A stretch of DNA of 64,000 nucleotides, taken from positions 3,554,008 through 3,618,007 of the forward strand of contig NW_002060943.1 of NCBI RefSeq assembly GCF_000150275.1. The letters are read 5' to 3'. Under the pieces are notes generated by a model. That model was given only the letters and a program-made list of their open reading frames with translations. It searched no databases and was not told where the DNA came from. The stretch is from Trichoplax adhaerens (Eukaryota; Animalia; Placozoa). Of the stretch, positions 28,140 through 43,194 are shown piece after piece. Position 1 is the first letter of the stretch, and every line of letters starts with the position of its first letter. The translations under genes and the position numbers were made by a program.

Positions 28140-29430
28140 TACAGTGCAAGGACTGTACAGTGTACAGTCTTACGAGGACGATCAGTACTGTACACTGTAC
28201 ACTGTACCGTAGTGGCATGAGTTGAGTCGGGGCCTCGTCCGTCTGTGATGCCATCACTACATCACTACACGATATTCTCTCGTCAGTAGTCCCTTATTCA
28301 TTCACATTTAGTACAGTACTGTACTGGTACAGCACTCGTTTTTGGACAGTACTGCACAGTACTGTCCTTTGTTCTGTGCTATGAGTTCATTCTGTACTGT
28401 ACTATACAGTGTACAGTACGTACAATATAAACGATACTGTACGATACTGTACTGTACTGTACAGTGTATTCAGTATTTGAGGCACGTGATCATCGCGATC
28501 CACATTATGAGTGACCCTTAAATGCACATGTGAAAACGAAGAAAAAATTTTTTTTCTTTACATTGTACTGTACAGTACATTGTACAGTACTGTACAGTAC
28601 TGTACACTACAGGACGTCCTTTATTATGTACCGTACAGTACTGTACTGTACTGTACAGTACAGTACAACATTGCATCTGTGCTGTACAGTACACTGTACT
28701 GTGCACTCAGTATTTGAGACACGTGATCATAGCGATCCACATTATGAGTGACCCTTATTGCACATGTGCAAACGAAGAAAAAGTTTTTCTGTACAGTACA
28801 CATTAGTGTACAGTACATTAGAGACCCTAGTACTGTACAGTACTGTACCCTTGCAGTGAGTACTGTACTGTACTGTACAGTACAGTACAGTACAGTAAGT
28901 AATTACAGACCACTGTACCCAGTACTGTACAGTACTGTATTATAAAGTGTACAGTACTGTACTTTAAAACTACGTACAGTACTGTACAGTACAGTACTGA
29001 ACAGTGTACAGTACAGTACAGTACAGTACAGTACAGTACTGTACAATAGAACTTCATACTGTACAAATGTACAGTACATACTGTACACTACTGTACACTG
29101 TACAGTACTGTATCATGACACAGCATTACTGTACAGTACTGTACTGTACTACTGTATACAGTACATTTCAAGCTGCTACACAAACCACGACCTTAAAATT
29201 ATGCTAGACTACAATACACTAGAACTAGAACTGATGCCAGCGCATCTCCTGTCAACCTGATACCGATGGACTGTAGGGTCTTGGTACTGTACATGGCTGG
29301 AGTACAGTGTACTGTACTGTATTGTAGAGTAGTGTCTGTACTCGACTGAGTGTGCAGTACAGTACAGTACTGTAGCAGTCTATCGTGACACAGCATTTAG
29401 CCTACAGTCAGAATACAGTACAGTACATTT
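28140..29430. repeat. ACAGT/ACTGT pentamer array with frequent strand flips (GTAC-centred palindromes)
   Basis: Dense (CAGTA)n and (TACTG)n tracts joined at CAGTACTG/TGTACA palindromes. Weaker patches continue at ~30290, 30515, 30640 and 30940-31040. The array explains the Y/C/T/V-rich spurious ORFs. Confidence 0.92.
28471..28789. repeat. Duplicated ~85-bp non-satellite module (copies 28471-28556 and 28708-28789)
   Basis: CAGTATTTGAG(G/A)CACGTGATCAT(C/A)GCGATCCACATTATGAGTGACCCTTA..TGCACATGTG.AAACGAAGAAAAA..TTTTTC is present twice, 237 bp apart. Confidence 0.9.
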
Positions 29431-29456
29431 CAAGCAGTTAGCTCAACCGCGCTACC

Positions 29457-29537
29457 TTCCCGTGGTTCTTCTCTTTTTCCTTCCCGTGGTTCTTCTCTTC
29501 ACGTTCCCGTGGTTCTGCTCTTTTTTCCCATCATTCC
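29457..29537 (+). promoter_or_regulatory. Cluster of TTCCCGTGGTTCT x3 plus TTCCCATCATTCC; candidate TF-site array (degenerate Staf/ZNF143-site-like)
   Basis: Copies at 29457, 29481, 29504 and 29525. The repeats are directly visible; the regulatory role is inferred. Confidence 0.4.
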
Positions 29538-30277
29538 CTTCTGTTGGTTATTATTTACCGATCCTACTGCTTTGAATGGCCAGATCACTTTGAGGTACTT
29601 TAGCGGATTCATGACATTCGTATTTAATTCGAGTACCTGAGATTACTCAAATCGCTATCACTTCACTTTTATCTGTCTTTTATTGAATCCAATATGACTG
29701 TCGTGTTACTCTCTTGTTAGTTACTAAATTACTGCATGGTGATTGATTCATTCTCGCTTTTACACATGTAGTCCTTGGAATTAATTAATATTGATTTGAT
29801 TTCGACTGATACAAGCGTCAATTTGGTGGCGACTTAGTTTTAGTCGTTAAGCTTGTTTAAAGCAGATTGTATCGTAATGGATTGTTCATTATGGAGGTTG
29901 ATAACGCATAGACACTTAGACAGTCAATATGATACACTGCCTGGTTATAAATTCATCCATCATTCATGGATTACTGTACGATCTGTGTACAGTACATTGA
30001 CGATTTTAGATATCAATAATAATAATAAAAGTGGCTAGATAGCTAGACTAGATGTAAACTCTGCTAAAAAAACAACGTCATACAGTACTGATTACCGTAT
30101 TTCTAGTCATTACAAAATTAACTTTGCACAGAATATTTTCTAGTACGTCTAGTCATCCAAATTCGTAGAACTTGAAATACATTTGAACGAAAAAAAAGTG
30201 TGGAAAACGCAGCAGCGGATGAACTGTCGAGCTCCATTTATCGTAGTGTTACGTGTTCTTGCTGGAACGGACGAGAC

Positions 30278-30289
30278 TGCGCATGCACA
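30278..30289. promoter_or_regulatory. NRF1-like site TGCGCATGCACA
   Basis: One mismatch from the NRF1 palindrome TGCGCATGCGCA, located in the divergent FNBP4/ZNF143 intergenic region. Confidence 0.4.
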
Positions 30290-31749
30290 TTGCAGTACAG
30301 TATACAATACAGCAGTGTTGTACAATGTACAGCGGGAGTGAAAAGGCAACCCGAACACGATAAAACCTGATCCAGTGGTTGATTTTCTAACCCGAAATGA
30401 GTGCTATCACTATCATGTACAAGCACTGTATCACCACGGAAATTCTTAACCCGAATCCCGCCCTCGAGTCAGATTGAAATCGGACTTCGGGTTGACTTCG
30501 CATATCCCTGCTGTACACTATACAGTACAGTACAGTAATATCAGAGTTCATCATCGAAAACGAACTTGCAGCGAATATTAGTAGTGTATTTTCTACCAGT
30601 AACTACACACTCTCTATCCGTTCCGTTCAGCGATAGACGGTACTGTACTGTACTTGGTGGCTTTTCCAGCGTACAGTACAGAACTGTGTGTTAATCATCA
30701 ATAAAAATGGAAAAATTGTGACTTCAACTGATGTACAAATACTTTATACCAGCATGTGCAGTACCGTAGATGCTGTCTATTTTTCAGCCAATTTTTTGGA
30801 GACTTGCCAACACGCTGTACTATTCTGTAGTGACTAGACTCTTAGAAGGATAATATGTCATCGTTTAAGCTGTTTACGCTGAGTGAGAATATGAGTAATC
30901 GTCAACACTTGTCCGTTCGAGTTCTAGATTGAGTGCTGCACAGTGTACAGTACTGTAAAAACACGGTGAAAAGTATCGTGGCTACACTACACTGTACTGT
31001 AAAAGAGGCCCGCAACATTTTTCTGCATACTGTACTTTACTATCAATATAGACCGCATAGAATTACTTGGCGGTAAGGCGCTGCCTGTGTCATTGAATGA
31101 TGCACCCTACTGTTTCTCTTTTCAAATATGAGTCGACGATCGAATCTGCTACCTGGTTGAGCAGATTTCTACACAGCAATGTCTGTCTTTTTGTAAACTC
31201 TTTCAGCTTTAGTGTACAGTCGCTACCTAAAGTTGAAATAATAACAGCACAGGATTCCAGAGTACGCTTTTGCAGTGGAATTAAAGAAGTGGAAAGTCCG
31301 AAAAATCGACTTGAGTAAATCAACTAATTCAGTAGCAGTGTGAATTTATGTGTAACTAGGATAACTTGTTGAACCTCTTGCTCTTGATATCGAGCTTACG
31401 TTCTTAGTTTACTGAGTAGAATATTGTAGTTACTGCACAGTACTGCTTACAATGAACGTCCATTTTGTTATCCAAGTGAATTGAAAATAGTGTTGCGACT
31501 ATTGATATCGTGATATGTTAACATCGACAGTCGTTGCAAATGATGCCTTGTATGTTGAAACCATGACATTACTATGAATAACTTATTACCAAAACCAGTT
31601 ATCATCGAGAAATTTCTGGCACTATATTAACTCAAACAATATCATCACTGTCGTTGCGTATTAGTCTTCTATTTAGTAGAATTTTGTCGTTTGTGATATT
31701 TTATAAAAAAGAATAAACTCTGAACTTATAATCTAGAACCACTTGCAAT

Positions 31750-31760
31750 AAATGGCGGCG
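31750..31760 (+). promoter_or_regulatory. YY1-like motif AAATGGCGGCG near the probable ZNF143 5' end
   Basis: Matches the YY1 core ATGGCGGC about 240 bp upstream of the ATG. A plausible 5'-UTR intron acceptor (cccatag) ends at 31969. Confidence 0.4.
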
Positions 31761-31988
31761 TACATTGCTTATGCATTCCGTAATATATGCGGATCGCTGT
31801 CTCTTACGTATAGTTTAGACTGGACTAGATCAATGTTGTGAATTATAATACAATCTGTGTGAACTTGTGCATAGTTATTTGGCTACTCTTGATATGTAAC
31901 CTAACTAAAAATGATAAAAATAATGGTGATTGCTTGAACTTATGTACATACCGCATTACTATCCCATAGCCAGTAGAGAAATTAAATC

Positions 31989-35184
<3,196 letters not shown>

Positions 35185-36432
35185 GGCATTACATTTTTAC
35201 ACTTATTGACTGTATAATTTGCAAAAATCTTTTTTGGCTTAGAGTCTTCTATACATTTGTTACACTGATGTTATGTTAGCACGGGAGCTAGCATCAAAAT
35301 TTTGTTTTATCAAGGTGATATTATTGTAGACTTTAGTGGTTAATTATCATAAAGTCAACAATAGTTATTCACAATTAAAATTCGCATCTGTATATAGTGC
35401 GTATATTATGTCCATAAAGTAAGGTAACTAGCAGCTTCTATGCCCAATAGTTGATTAGTACTGTATTAAAATGTCTCATCGGGGTATAAAGTAGTTGTGA
35501 ATATGTCCGAACATTTCAAGAGCTAAATAATTGCGATATGAATTAAGTATTACCTCGCTTAATATAGCACGTTCTTTGATAACTAAAAACAACTTGGAGT
35601 TTGTAGTTATCTTTGATAGAATTACGTAGCTTAGTAACGTAATCTTGAAGAAGTCTTAAAGATTTCAGTAAGAAATGTCCTATTTTATTAAATCAGCTGA
35701 CATTATGATCTTTGCTTACGGCTGATCTATCTGTTACATACGGCTGTATTGTTTATTTTTTAAGAATGTTAATAATGGAAGTTGTAGATAATTCATATTC
35801 AGAGTTAGAGAGGCTTTATAGATGGTAGGCCAACATTTTTGGACAGTAATTCCCCTATCTATTGGAACATATGATCGAATTTTAAATCAGACTGTAAACC
35901 CTCAAAAGATCACTTACATGAATTTGTATATACAGTTCTTGTATATATTTAAAGATTTATCTCTATAGTAGTGATTGATTTTCGTCTTTGACAGTGATTA
36001 GACTACCGTCATGGAAAGTATATGCATAAGAGAAAGAACTTTATTGATATACGTTTGTAATTTTAGTAATAAAATCGACAGATGTGCAGGCATCGCAATT
36101 CTTTGATAGGATCAATAATTTTAAAATATTAAATACACGGTATATCATGCTTGTAAAATATACACATAACCAAGTTTTAAATTACTATAGAAATAAAGGT
36201 TTAAGAGTCCATTAGTTGAATTGTAGTCCAACTAATTTAAAATTTTAGAGGCTGATATCGAAGGTAACAAACAATTATACCCAACAATTTAATTATAATC
36301 ATAGGAGCATGAAATCAATTATTGATAACTTACGTTAATGAAATGGACTGCAGTGTTTACGTAGTTAATTATATTTAAAGTCAAAGTACATAAAGTGAAA
36401 TAAATTGCAATACGTGGAATAATGATAAGTAT

Positions 36433-39400
36433 TTAGTTAGGAGGTAAAACATTTTCTTTAAATTTACCCATCATATTGCCTGCAGGTTTATAGTTTGCCA
36501 CCACTACGGTATAATTATTTTTACCTTTGGCCATTGCAACACCAACTTCGGTAGTTTCACGCCAAACCACTTGTGTAAAATGGCCAGTACCCGGGGTAAA
36601 GGTTGCGCGGCGGAAATTGTAATCTTTAATTTCATCATACCACATATCGACCGCTTCATGTCCGGTAATTTCTTTTTGAGCGGAACCCATAAAACATGCT
36701 AAATTTTCCCCGAAGCCTTTTTGGTGGCTGTGTTCAAATTTCTTATTTTTGGCTAGATAATCTGCCCATTTTTTAGCATGTGTAGTGCATTCCTTTGACC
36801 ATTTTAATGGTGGAGCTCCATGCTTAGCTCTGTAGTTATTATGTGCATCAAGACTGACATCTTTGAAACTGCCAAGTTTCTTCTCATTAATTGCACCTAT
36901 TAGAAATTGATTATGAAGTCTAGGTGAAATCACACGGTAGGCGACCTCTATGCATAATAATTGAACGCTGCGAGATGTAGATTAAATAGATGAAATATCG
37001 CAAGTATTCTTAGGTATAAGTTCTTCAAAACTACAACTACGGTAACATTTTAGCATAAATTCCGATTCTAACGCTTTCTGCATGATCTATTTTAGATCAG
37101 AAAAGGTAAAAAATCGATACGTACCGATAGTGGATGTGATCAAATTGCAAACTATCAAAGGAATGGAAGGAGCTATAAATCGAATAAAAAACGATTATTA
37201 CTTTACTAACCTGGTTTTCTTCTTGCTTTATCTCGAACAGAATTAGCAGCCTTTTTTGCAAGGGATTTCTTAAACTTCTTAGGATTTTTAGTCCCTACTG
37301 GGTAAACGTTTTCTTTAAATTTCCCCATTACATTGCCAGGTGGCGAATAATTAGCAACAAGGTAAATCTGGCCATCTGCTGACTGTGCCACACCAGCTCC
37401 CATTTCGACCGTATCTGCCCAAACCAATTGCGTAAAATGGCCAGTATTCATACCAAATTTTGCGGCTTTAAAGTTATAGTTTTTAATTTCATCATACCAC
37501 ATCTGAACCATTTCTTGGCCCGTAACTGAATCAGGGTTAGAGGTAAATTTATAAGCTAAATTTTGCCCCATGTTATCTTCCTTCTTATGCTGCAATCTAC
37601 CCATTTTTACCAACTGATCTGCCCAAGCTTGGGCTGTGTCTGCACAACGCGATGACCATCCTAGAGGCTGAGCTCCATGTTTACTACGGAAGTCATTATG
37701 AGCCATCAAGACATCGGATAGGAATGGCGATAAATTTTCGTTAGCTGCGGTAAAGCAATATATCATGACATTAATTATTTATTTCAAAATTGCAAGCAGC
37801 TTCTTAATATTGCAATGAACGTAAACGAAAACTGAATTAGTGTCTAGTTTTACCTATGCCTCTTGAAGTTGCCTTGGCTTTACGGCCTATACGAGTACAG
37901 AAGTCCAACAATGCAAAATAAGTTGAAAAGAATTTGGTATTTGACTTGTCTAATCATTGAAGACTACCGAAAAGCTTAATATGCTAGAATTTGAGATCAT
38001 TTACTACGTCAAATATTATGTCAAAAATATCAATGTTAAACTAATATGTAGCTAGCATTACTCGCTACCTTTTCGTTTCGATTTTGCTGAAGCGCCATCA
38101 TTTTGTGAGGTAATACCTAAATCAAAAGAAATACTCATTAAAATAGCTCACCATATAGTTAATCTTCATTTCATAGGTACGGCTAGAAATAGATCAAATT
38201 AATTGTAAACTTTTCTTCATTTTTATTTCTTATCATTTGTTGCAATGATCATCTTTAAAAATCAATATAGTTAACAATACCTAAAAATTAGATTTTGATT
38301 ATTCACGCTAACATAGTAATTTCTAAGAATTAATTCTCAATTTTTGTGTAATTTTAATTCCTATCATTTACCGTTATAGATCATATTTAAAGGATAACTA
38401 CTAGTTAAAATTGCTTAAAATGAGATACTTATTTCTCAGGCAAGGATAAACGTTGATAAAAATTAATTCTAATTCGTTCTATAGTTTTACTTCTCTGTCA
38501 TTTATTATACTGTATCTTAATTTTTATTCAACTAAAGCTCATTTACGACTGTAAAAGGATATTACCTGTAACATTAGTTCCTTTATTTTTTCTTGCAAAC
38601 AGCTTTTTGAATTTCGATTTACCACGCGGTTTTTTCACATTAATGCCATATTTACCTTGTACATTGCCAGCTGGAGAATAATTAGCCACAATAAATACTC
38701 TACCGTCAGCAGTAGAAGCTATGCCTACACCAACAAATTCCGTCTCTGCCCAGACTAGTTGAGTAAAATGGCCAGTTGAAGGTTGAAATTCTGCCTTTTT
38801 ATAATTATAGTCTTTCACTTCGTTGTACCACATGTTGGCAATCTCTTCTGCTTTGATATCTCCTTGATTTCCCAACGATGTTTTCATATAGGCTAAATTC
38901 TGACCCATATCGCCTTCGGTTTTATGTTGTAGTTTACCCATTCTTGCTAATTGATCAGCCCATTCTTGAGCACTTGTAGCACAAGAATCAGACCATTTTA
39001 GCGCCGATGAGCGATGTCTTTCTCGCATTTCATTGTGGACAATCAACATTTCTGACTGAAATTCAGTCAAATTGGCGTTAGCTAAATAATGCAAAATAGC
39101 AACGATTAGGATAAGATTTGGAAGATTTAAAAGATTAAGATTGGTTATATTAAGCGTAACATATAAATACTGCCTATGTTTTTAATTCCATAACGATCTC
39201 GATTAGGATAGCCTGAACTATCAATATAGCTAAATTTTGAAAGGAAAACAGGTAAGGCAACTGATGGATTTCATGTTAGATACAAGTTGTTTTTCTCGCC
39301 TACTTTCAGAAGTACAAGTAGAAATATAGTTGCTATCGACATCCACGACTGGATTTAACTGCTTAAAGAATATTTTTATTTTACTCCATATCATAAGTGA

Positions 39401-42285
39401 TATCAGAAACTATTACACTGATTCAATCGCTCGCCAATTTTTTGAAATTGAAGTTATACGCAAAATTATTAGCAGGGTTCACGATTCAATTTTAGTTAGC
39501 TACACAAAGAGTATTTTTCTTCGAATTTCAAGTGTTCAATGAACGTGAAAACTATTTCGATAACTCAGTTGCTCATTTTCCATGCCATTTGTTGTTAATT
39601 TGCTCTAAAGAGTAGGAAAGAGCTAAACAGATCTTACACTGCCAATCGCAATAGTAATACGCGTATATGCATAGTAGTTTGGATTATTATAGACGTTTTA
39701 TGAAATTTGATCAAAAATAGAGTATTAATAGTTTCATAATTTGTCCTTGAAAATAAATGTGGAAGTGACAGCAATGATAACTTACCAACACAACGAACAC
39801 TAGCTCTTCTCTTGGGATCTTTTGATTTAGCTCCTGCTCCTAAATTACAAATTTAGGTTAGTCTGACATCAGCCATTTACTTAAATTCTAGTCATAATTA
39901 ATTATAGCTGATTGTTGAATATAAAGAGTATAGAGAAAGCTAATTAATAGATTGAATCAATTGCTGAATATAAAATTAGAATGAAATAGGCTAATATAAT
40001 AGCAGGGGAGAGCTACCAGTATCGGATGATGATGACGCTGACGGTTGTTTTCCCTTGCTGAATTTACTTTTGCTACGACCTTGACCACCATGTGCTGATT
40101 GAGGAGGATTAACATTTTCAGCGAATTGCCCCATCATGTTCCCTGCTGGCAAGTAATTAGCAACAACAAATACTTTGCCATCGGGTGTTGAACTAATACC
40201 AACACCAACTTCTTTGCTTCCAACCCAAACCACTTGAGTAAAATGGCCAGTACCCGATGAAAATGTAGCATTCTTGAAGTTGTAGTCCTTAATTTCATCA
40301 TACCACATATTGACAATTTGTTCACCAGTAACATTTTTACCATCTGAGCTGTATACAAAGGCTAAATTTTGGCCCATGTTGTCTTCCACTTTGTGTTGTA
40401 AACGTCCCATTTTGGCTAATTGATCAGCCCATACTTGGGCTGATCGTGCACATTTCTCAGACCATTTAAGAGCAGGTGCTGCATGATTTGCTCGTAGCTC
40501 ATTATGGACAGCAAGAACTTCTTTATGGAATACTTGCACTTTATCTACAATGGGCGTTAAATTGGATTAGATTGTCGCAAATGTAATTTAATTTGCAATT
40601 GAAAGCTAATCTCAGCTGAACAATACTATAAAATTTGCCATAAAATTCTAATTCAAAGAAAATGTCCGCGGATAGTAATAGCTTTTAGCTTGGGAATAAC
40701 TTTTATTGCAAATTGATTGAGAGTCCAGTGTTAACAGAGGATAAGAACTAACCAATTACAGAAAGACCTCACTCTATATGCAACTGGCAGAATATCATCT
40801 ACCATCTTACAAGTTACTATCGTTTCTTAATTAATACAGTAGGAGCTTCTACTAACACCATTATGCCGTATATCTTCATCTATCTTTCCAAATGCAGCAT
40901 AGCTACTACTTTACTGTAGGATCTCCTATACTACCGCCAACAGTTATTTAAATTAACCCTTAATCTCGCTAACGTTACAAGAATTTCACAGAATTTCATC
41001 AATTCCAAATTCAGGTAAACTGTTTATCTACCTTGCCAAACTGAATAGTGAAATCAACAGGCGAGAAAAGATTTTTATGAATTCATTTTAAATGTAAGCA
41101 TTCAAGTAGCAAGGTGTAAATTGAATTTACAGTATTTCTTGTAGACGAAAATTGAGTAATAATCCAAAATGTGAAGATGGCTATTCTAATGAGTTCCTTC
41201 ATTACATTACTAGCCAGAGTTTGGATGTTATTGTCTACTCTCTTGTTGATAAAATGTACGATAAATATTTAAGATGTAAGATAAAATAAAAGGATGGAGA
41301 CTTCGATGGATTGATTAATTGTTGTTTAACCGTTAAAATGTAGAAGAAAACATTTTAGATTTGAAAAAAGTTAAAATTTAGAGCAATCTGTTAACTCAAA
41401 TGAATAGGCACAGTGAGGATTATCATAAAGTTCTGTGATTTTGTATGGCCTATACCGTCCTTTTTACAGGCGTTTTTTACTGTTGATCAGTAAAATTAAC
41501 TGGAATATGTTGATTGTGAGTGGCTGCAAGTGGTCCTAATGGACGATATGAGAGTTTGTTCAGGGAAATTTTTACTAGAAATGAACAAATAAAGTTAAGC
41601 CTAGCTATTATGAAACTCTAGATGAGTTTATCCTTGTCATGGCCCGTGGGTGTTACAAATAGTAATATTAGCACGGCCAATGGTGACGGTAGATTTGCCA
41701 TTGGATGTTTTCATGGCTACAGCTCGATTTTACTTCCATATCGGTAGTTATAAATAAGGTAAAACATCGGTTTATCTATACTCATTTTCCTTTCGACAGA
41801 TAACCCGTCCACGCAAGGACGGAAGTGTAGAGTACGCAAAAAAAAAGTAGAATAAGAAATAGATCGTAGTGCTAAAAAGATTAAAAAACTTTTAAAATTT
41901 TAACGCCCCCTTTCTGGCCTTTAATCTCATCTTCATTATTAGTATCAAGGAAACTACATCTAAATTGAATTAGAGTTTTTTTTAAGGATAAGATGGCTGT
42001 AATACGAGTAATAGTTCAGCTCTAAAGATGCTCACTGTCTTGACTCAATTTTGGGGGGAGGAAATTATCGAATGATTTGATATTGACTCTCACAAGATTC
42101 ATTTTATTTTTGATGAGAAAAATTTAGCAGCTCATTTAGGATTTTCATAAAGCTTATAGGAACGTTCTTATTAACTTACATTGATTTCTAGCTTGAATGA
42201 TAAGTTTTAACGTTGTAAAAAGTGAGAAAGAAATTTATTTATTACCTTTCTTTTTGTTCGATTTTTTACCAAAACCAAATGGCAT
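36433..42285 (-). CDS. Intracellular GAPR-1/GLIPR2-like protein with four tandem CAP (SCP/PR-1) domains, spliced
   Basis: All introns phase 1: 42246-42285 (MPFGFGKKSNKKK), 40017-40544 (CAP1), 39786-39839, 38566-39081 (CAP2), 38069-38116, 37854-37886, 37211-37744 (CAP3) and 36433-36896 (CAP4, stop). Each domain has HN..R..H, WY.E, GHFTQ.VW and VANY.P.GN. There is no signal peptide. The first exon and linker exons are less certain than the CAP exons. Confidence 0.85.
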
Positions 42286-43194
42286 CTTGAACCAGTTCAA
42301 CAAGTGATTGGTAAAATATTAATGTGTGTCTTTTTTCCCCAGTTGTCTGAGTATCAATTGAGTCAAATGATTCGATGTTGTTAGTTCTTATTTGCCCGTT
42401 TTGGATTAAAAATGTGTTGAAAGTATACCAGGATAATAAAATGAAATAGAATACAATTGATGTCAGAAAAATTCCAATAATTGGATCCGTTAATTACCCT
42501 GTCTCTTGCTCTAAATGAGAACGCTAATTTGAATACATAGGCCATAAAATTAGCGAGATTGTTGTATGTCTTTTAATTTAGTAATTTAATGTAATAGACA
42601 ATTGTTAATCTTTATAGAATGACTAGGTTTAAAGAATAAATGAGTTAATACATTGATGGCCATGGTAAGTGTAGGCTAAAAGGTTATGCCCCTATAGTGA
42701 ATAAACTCAGCTAATCATGAAGAGAACAATCTAAAGTAGAGAAGAAAGAGAAAAAAAAAATGCACGATGGAACATTAATTATCCATTTCTTTTTGTATAT
42801 ATATTCAATGTCCATCAGAAGGTATCCTGTACTTTTGTTGTCGTGATCAGATGTAATAATGATAGAATGCTGCCATGTATAATTAAAATGACTAACAGTA
42901 TATGCAATCAATTCTCTCATCAGACCCGAGTAGATTTTTTTTTAAAGAAAGATCGATCGGAGCTTTGTTCTTGATTGTTTTACCATCGTTAACATAATAA
43001 TAATTACCAGTTATTTGTCTCGCCAGGTAGAATTTAATTCTATGAAAGGCTTCTTTAAGTGCTGGGTGTATTGTTTGTTATTGGCTGTAAGGGGCAAGGT
43101 CTATGCGTTCGTTGAAAGCCTGGATCTTAAGCGTGGTTAGAATTGAGCTAAAGAGTTTACATAATATGGATTTATTCCATACGAATTTATAGCA

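Noticed and set aside
28255-28295. Hammerhead-like CTGACGA on the - strand
   Set aside because: No GAAA core follows stem II and the three-way junction cannot be built.
28471-28789. Repeat-spacer-repeat pattern resembling CRISPR, or an SL/snRNA pair
   Set aside because: Only two 85-bp copies in a eukaryotic context, with no cas genes and no canonical Sm site or recognisable snRNA sequence.
28702-29356. Metal-response elements TGCACTC (28702) and TGCACAC (reverse, 29350)
   Set aside because: Two 7-mers in about 4 kb are compatible with chance and are not clustered.
28511-29396. Cluster of overlapping Y/C/T/V-rich ORFs on both strands (metallothionein-like at first glance)
   Set aside because: These are translations of the ACAGT pentamer repeat, open in many frames, with no splice or domain support.
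29600-29668. SECIS- or C/D-snoRNA-like hairpin (ATGA...CTGA)
   Set aside because: There is no RTGATGA box C, helix II is too short for a SECIS, and it is not in a 3' UTR.
30380-30460. CTAACCC as a telomerase RNA template
   Set aside because: It continues as CTAACCCG rather than about 1.5 copies of CCCTAA, and is better explained by the AACCCGAA motif cluster.
42271-42492. Hydrophobic open frame on the - strand just upstream of the CAP start
   Set aside because: Bounded by stops with no ATG, and out of frame with the CAP gene; probably 5' UTR or promoter.
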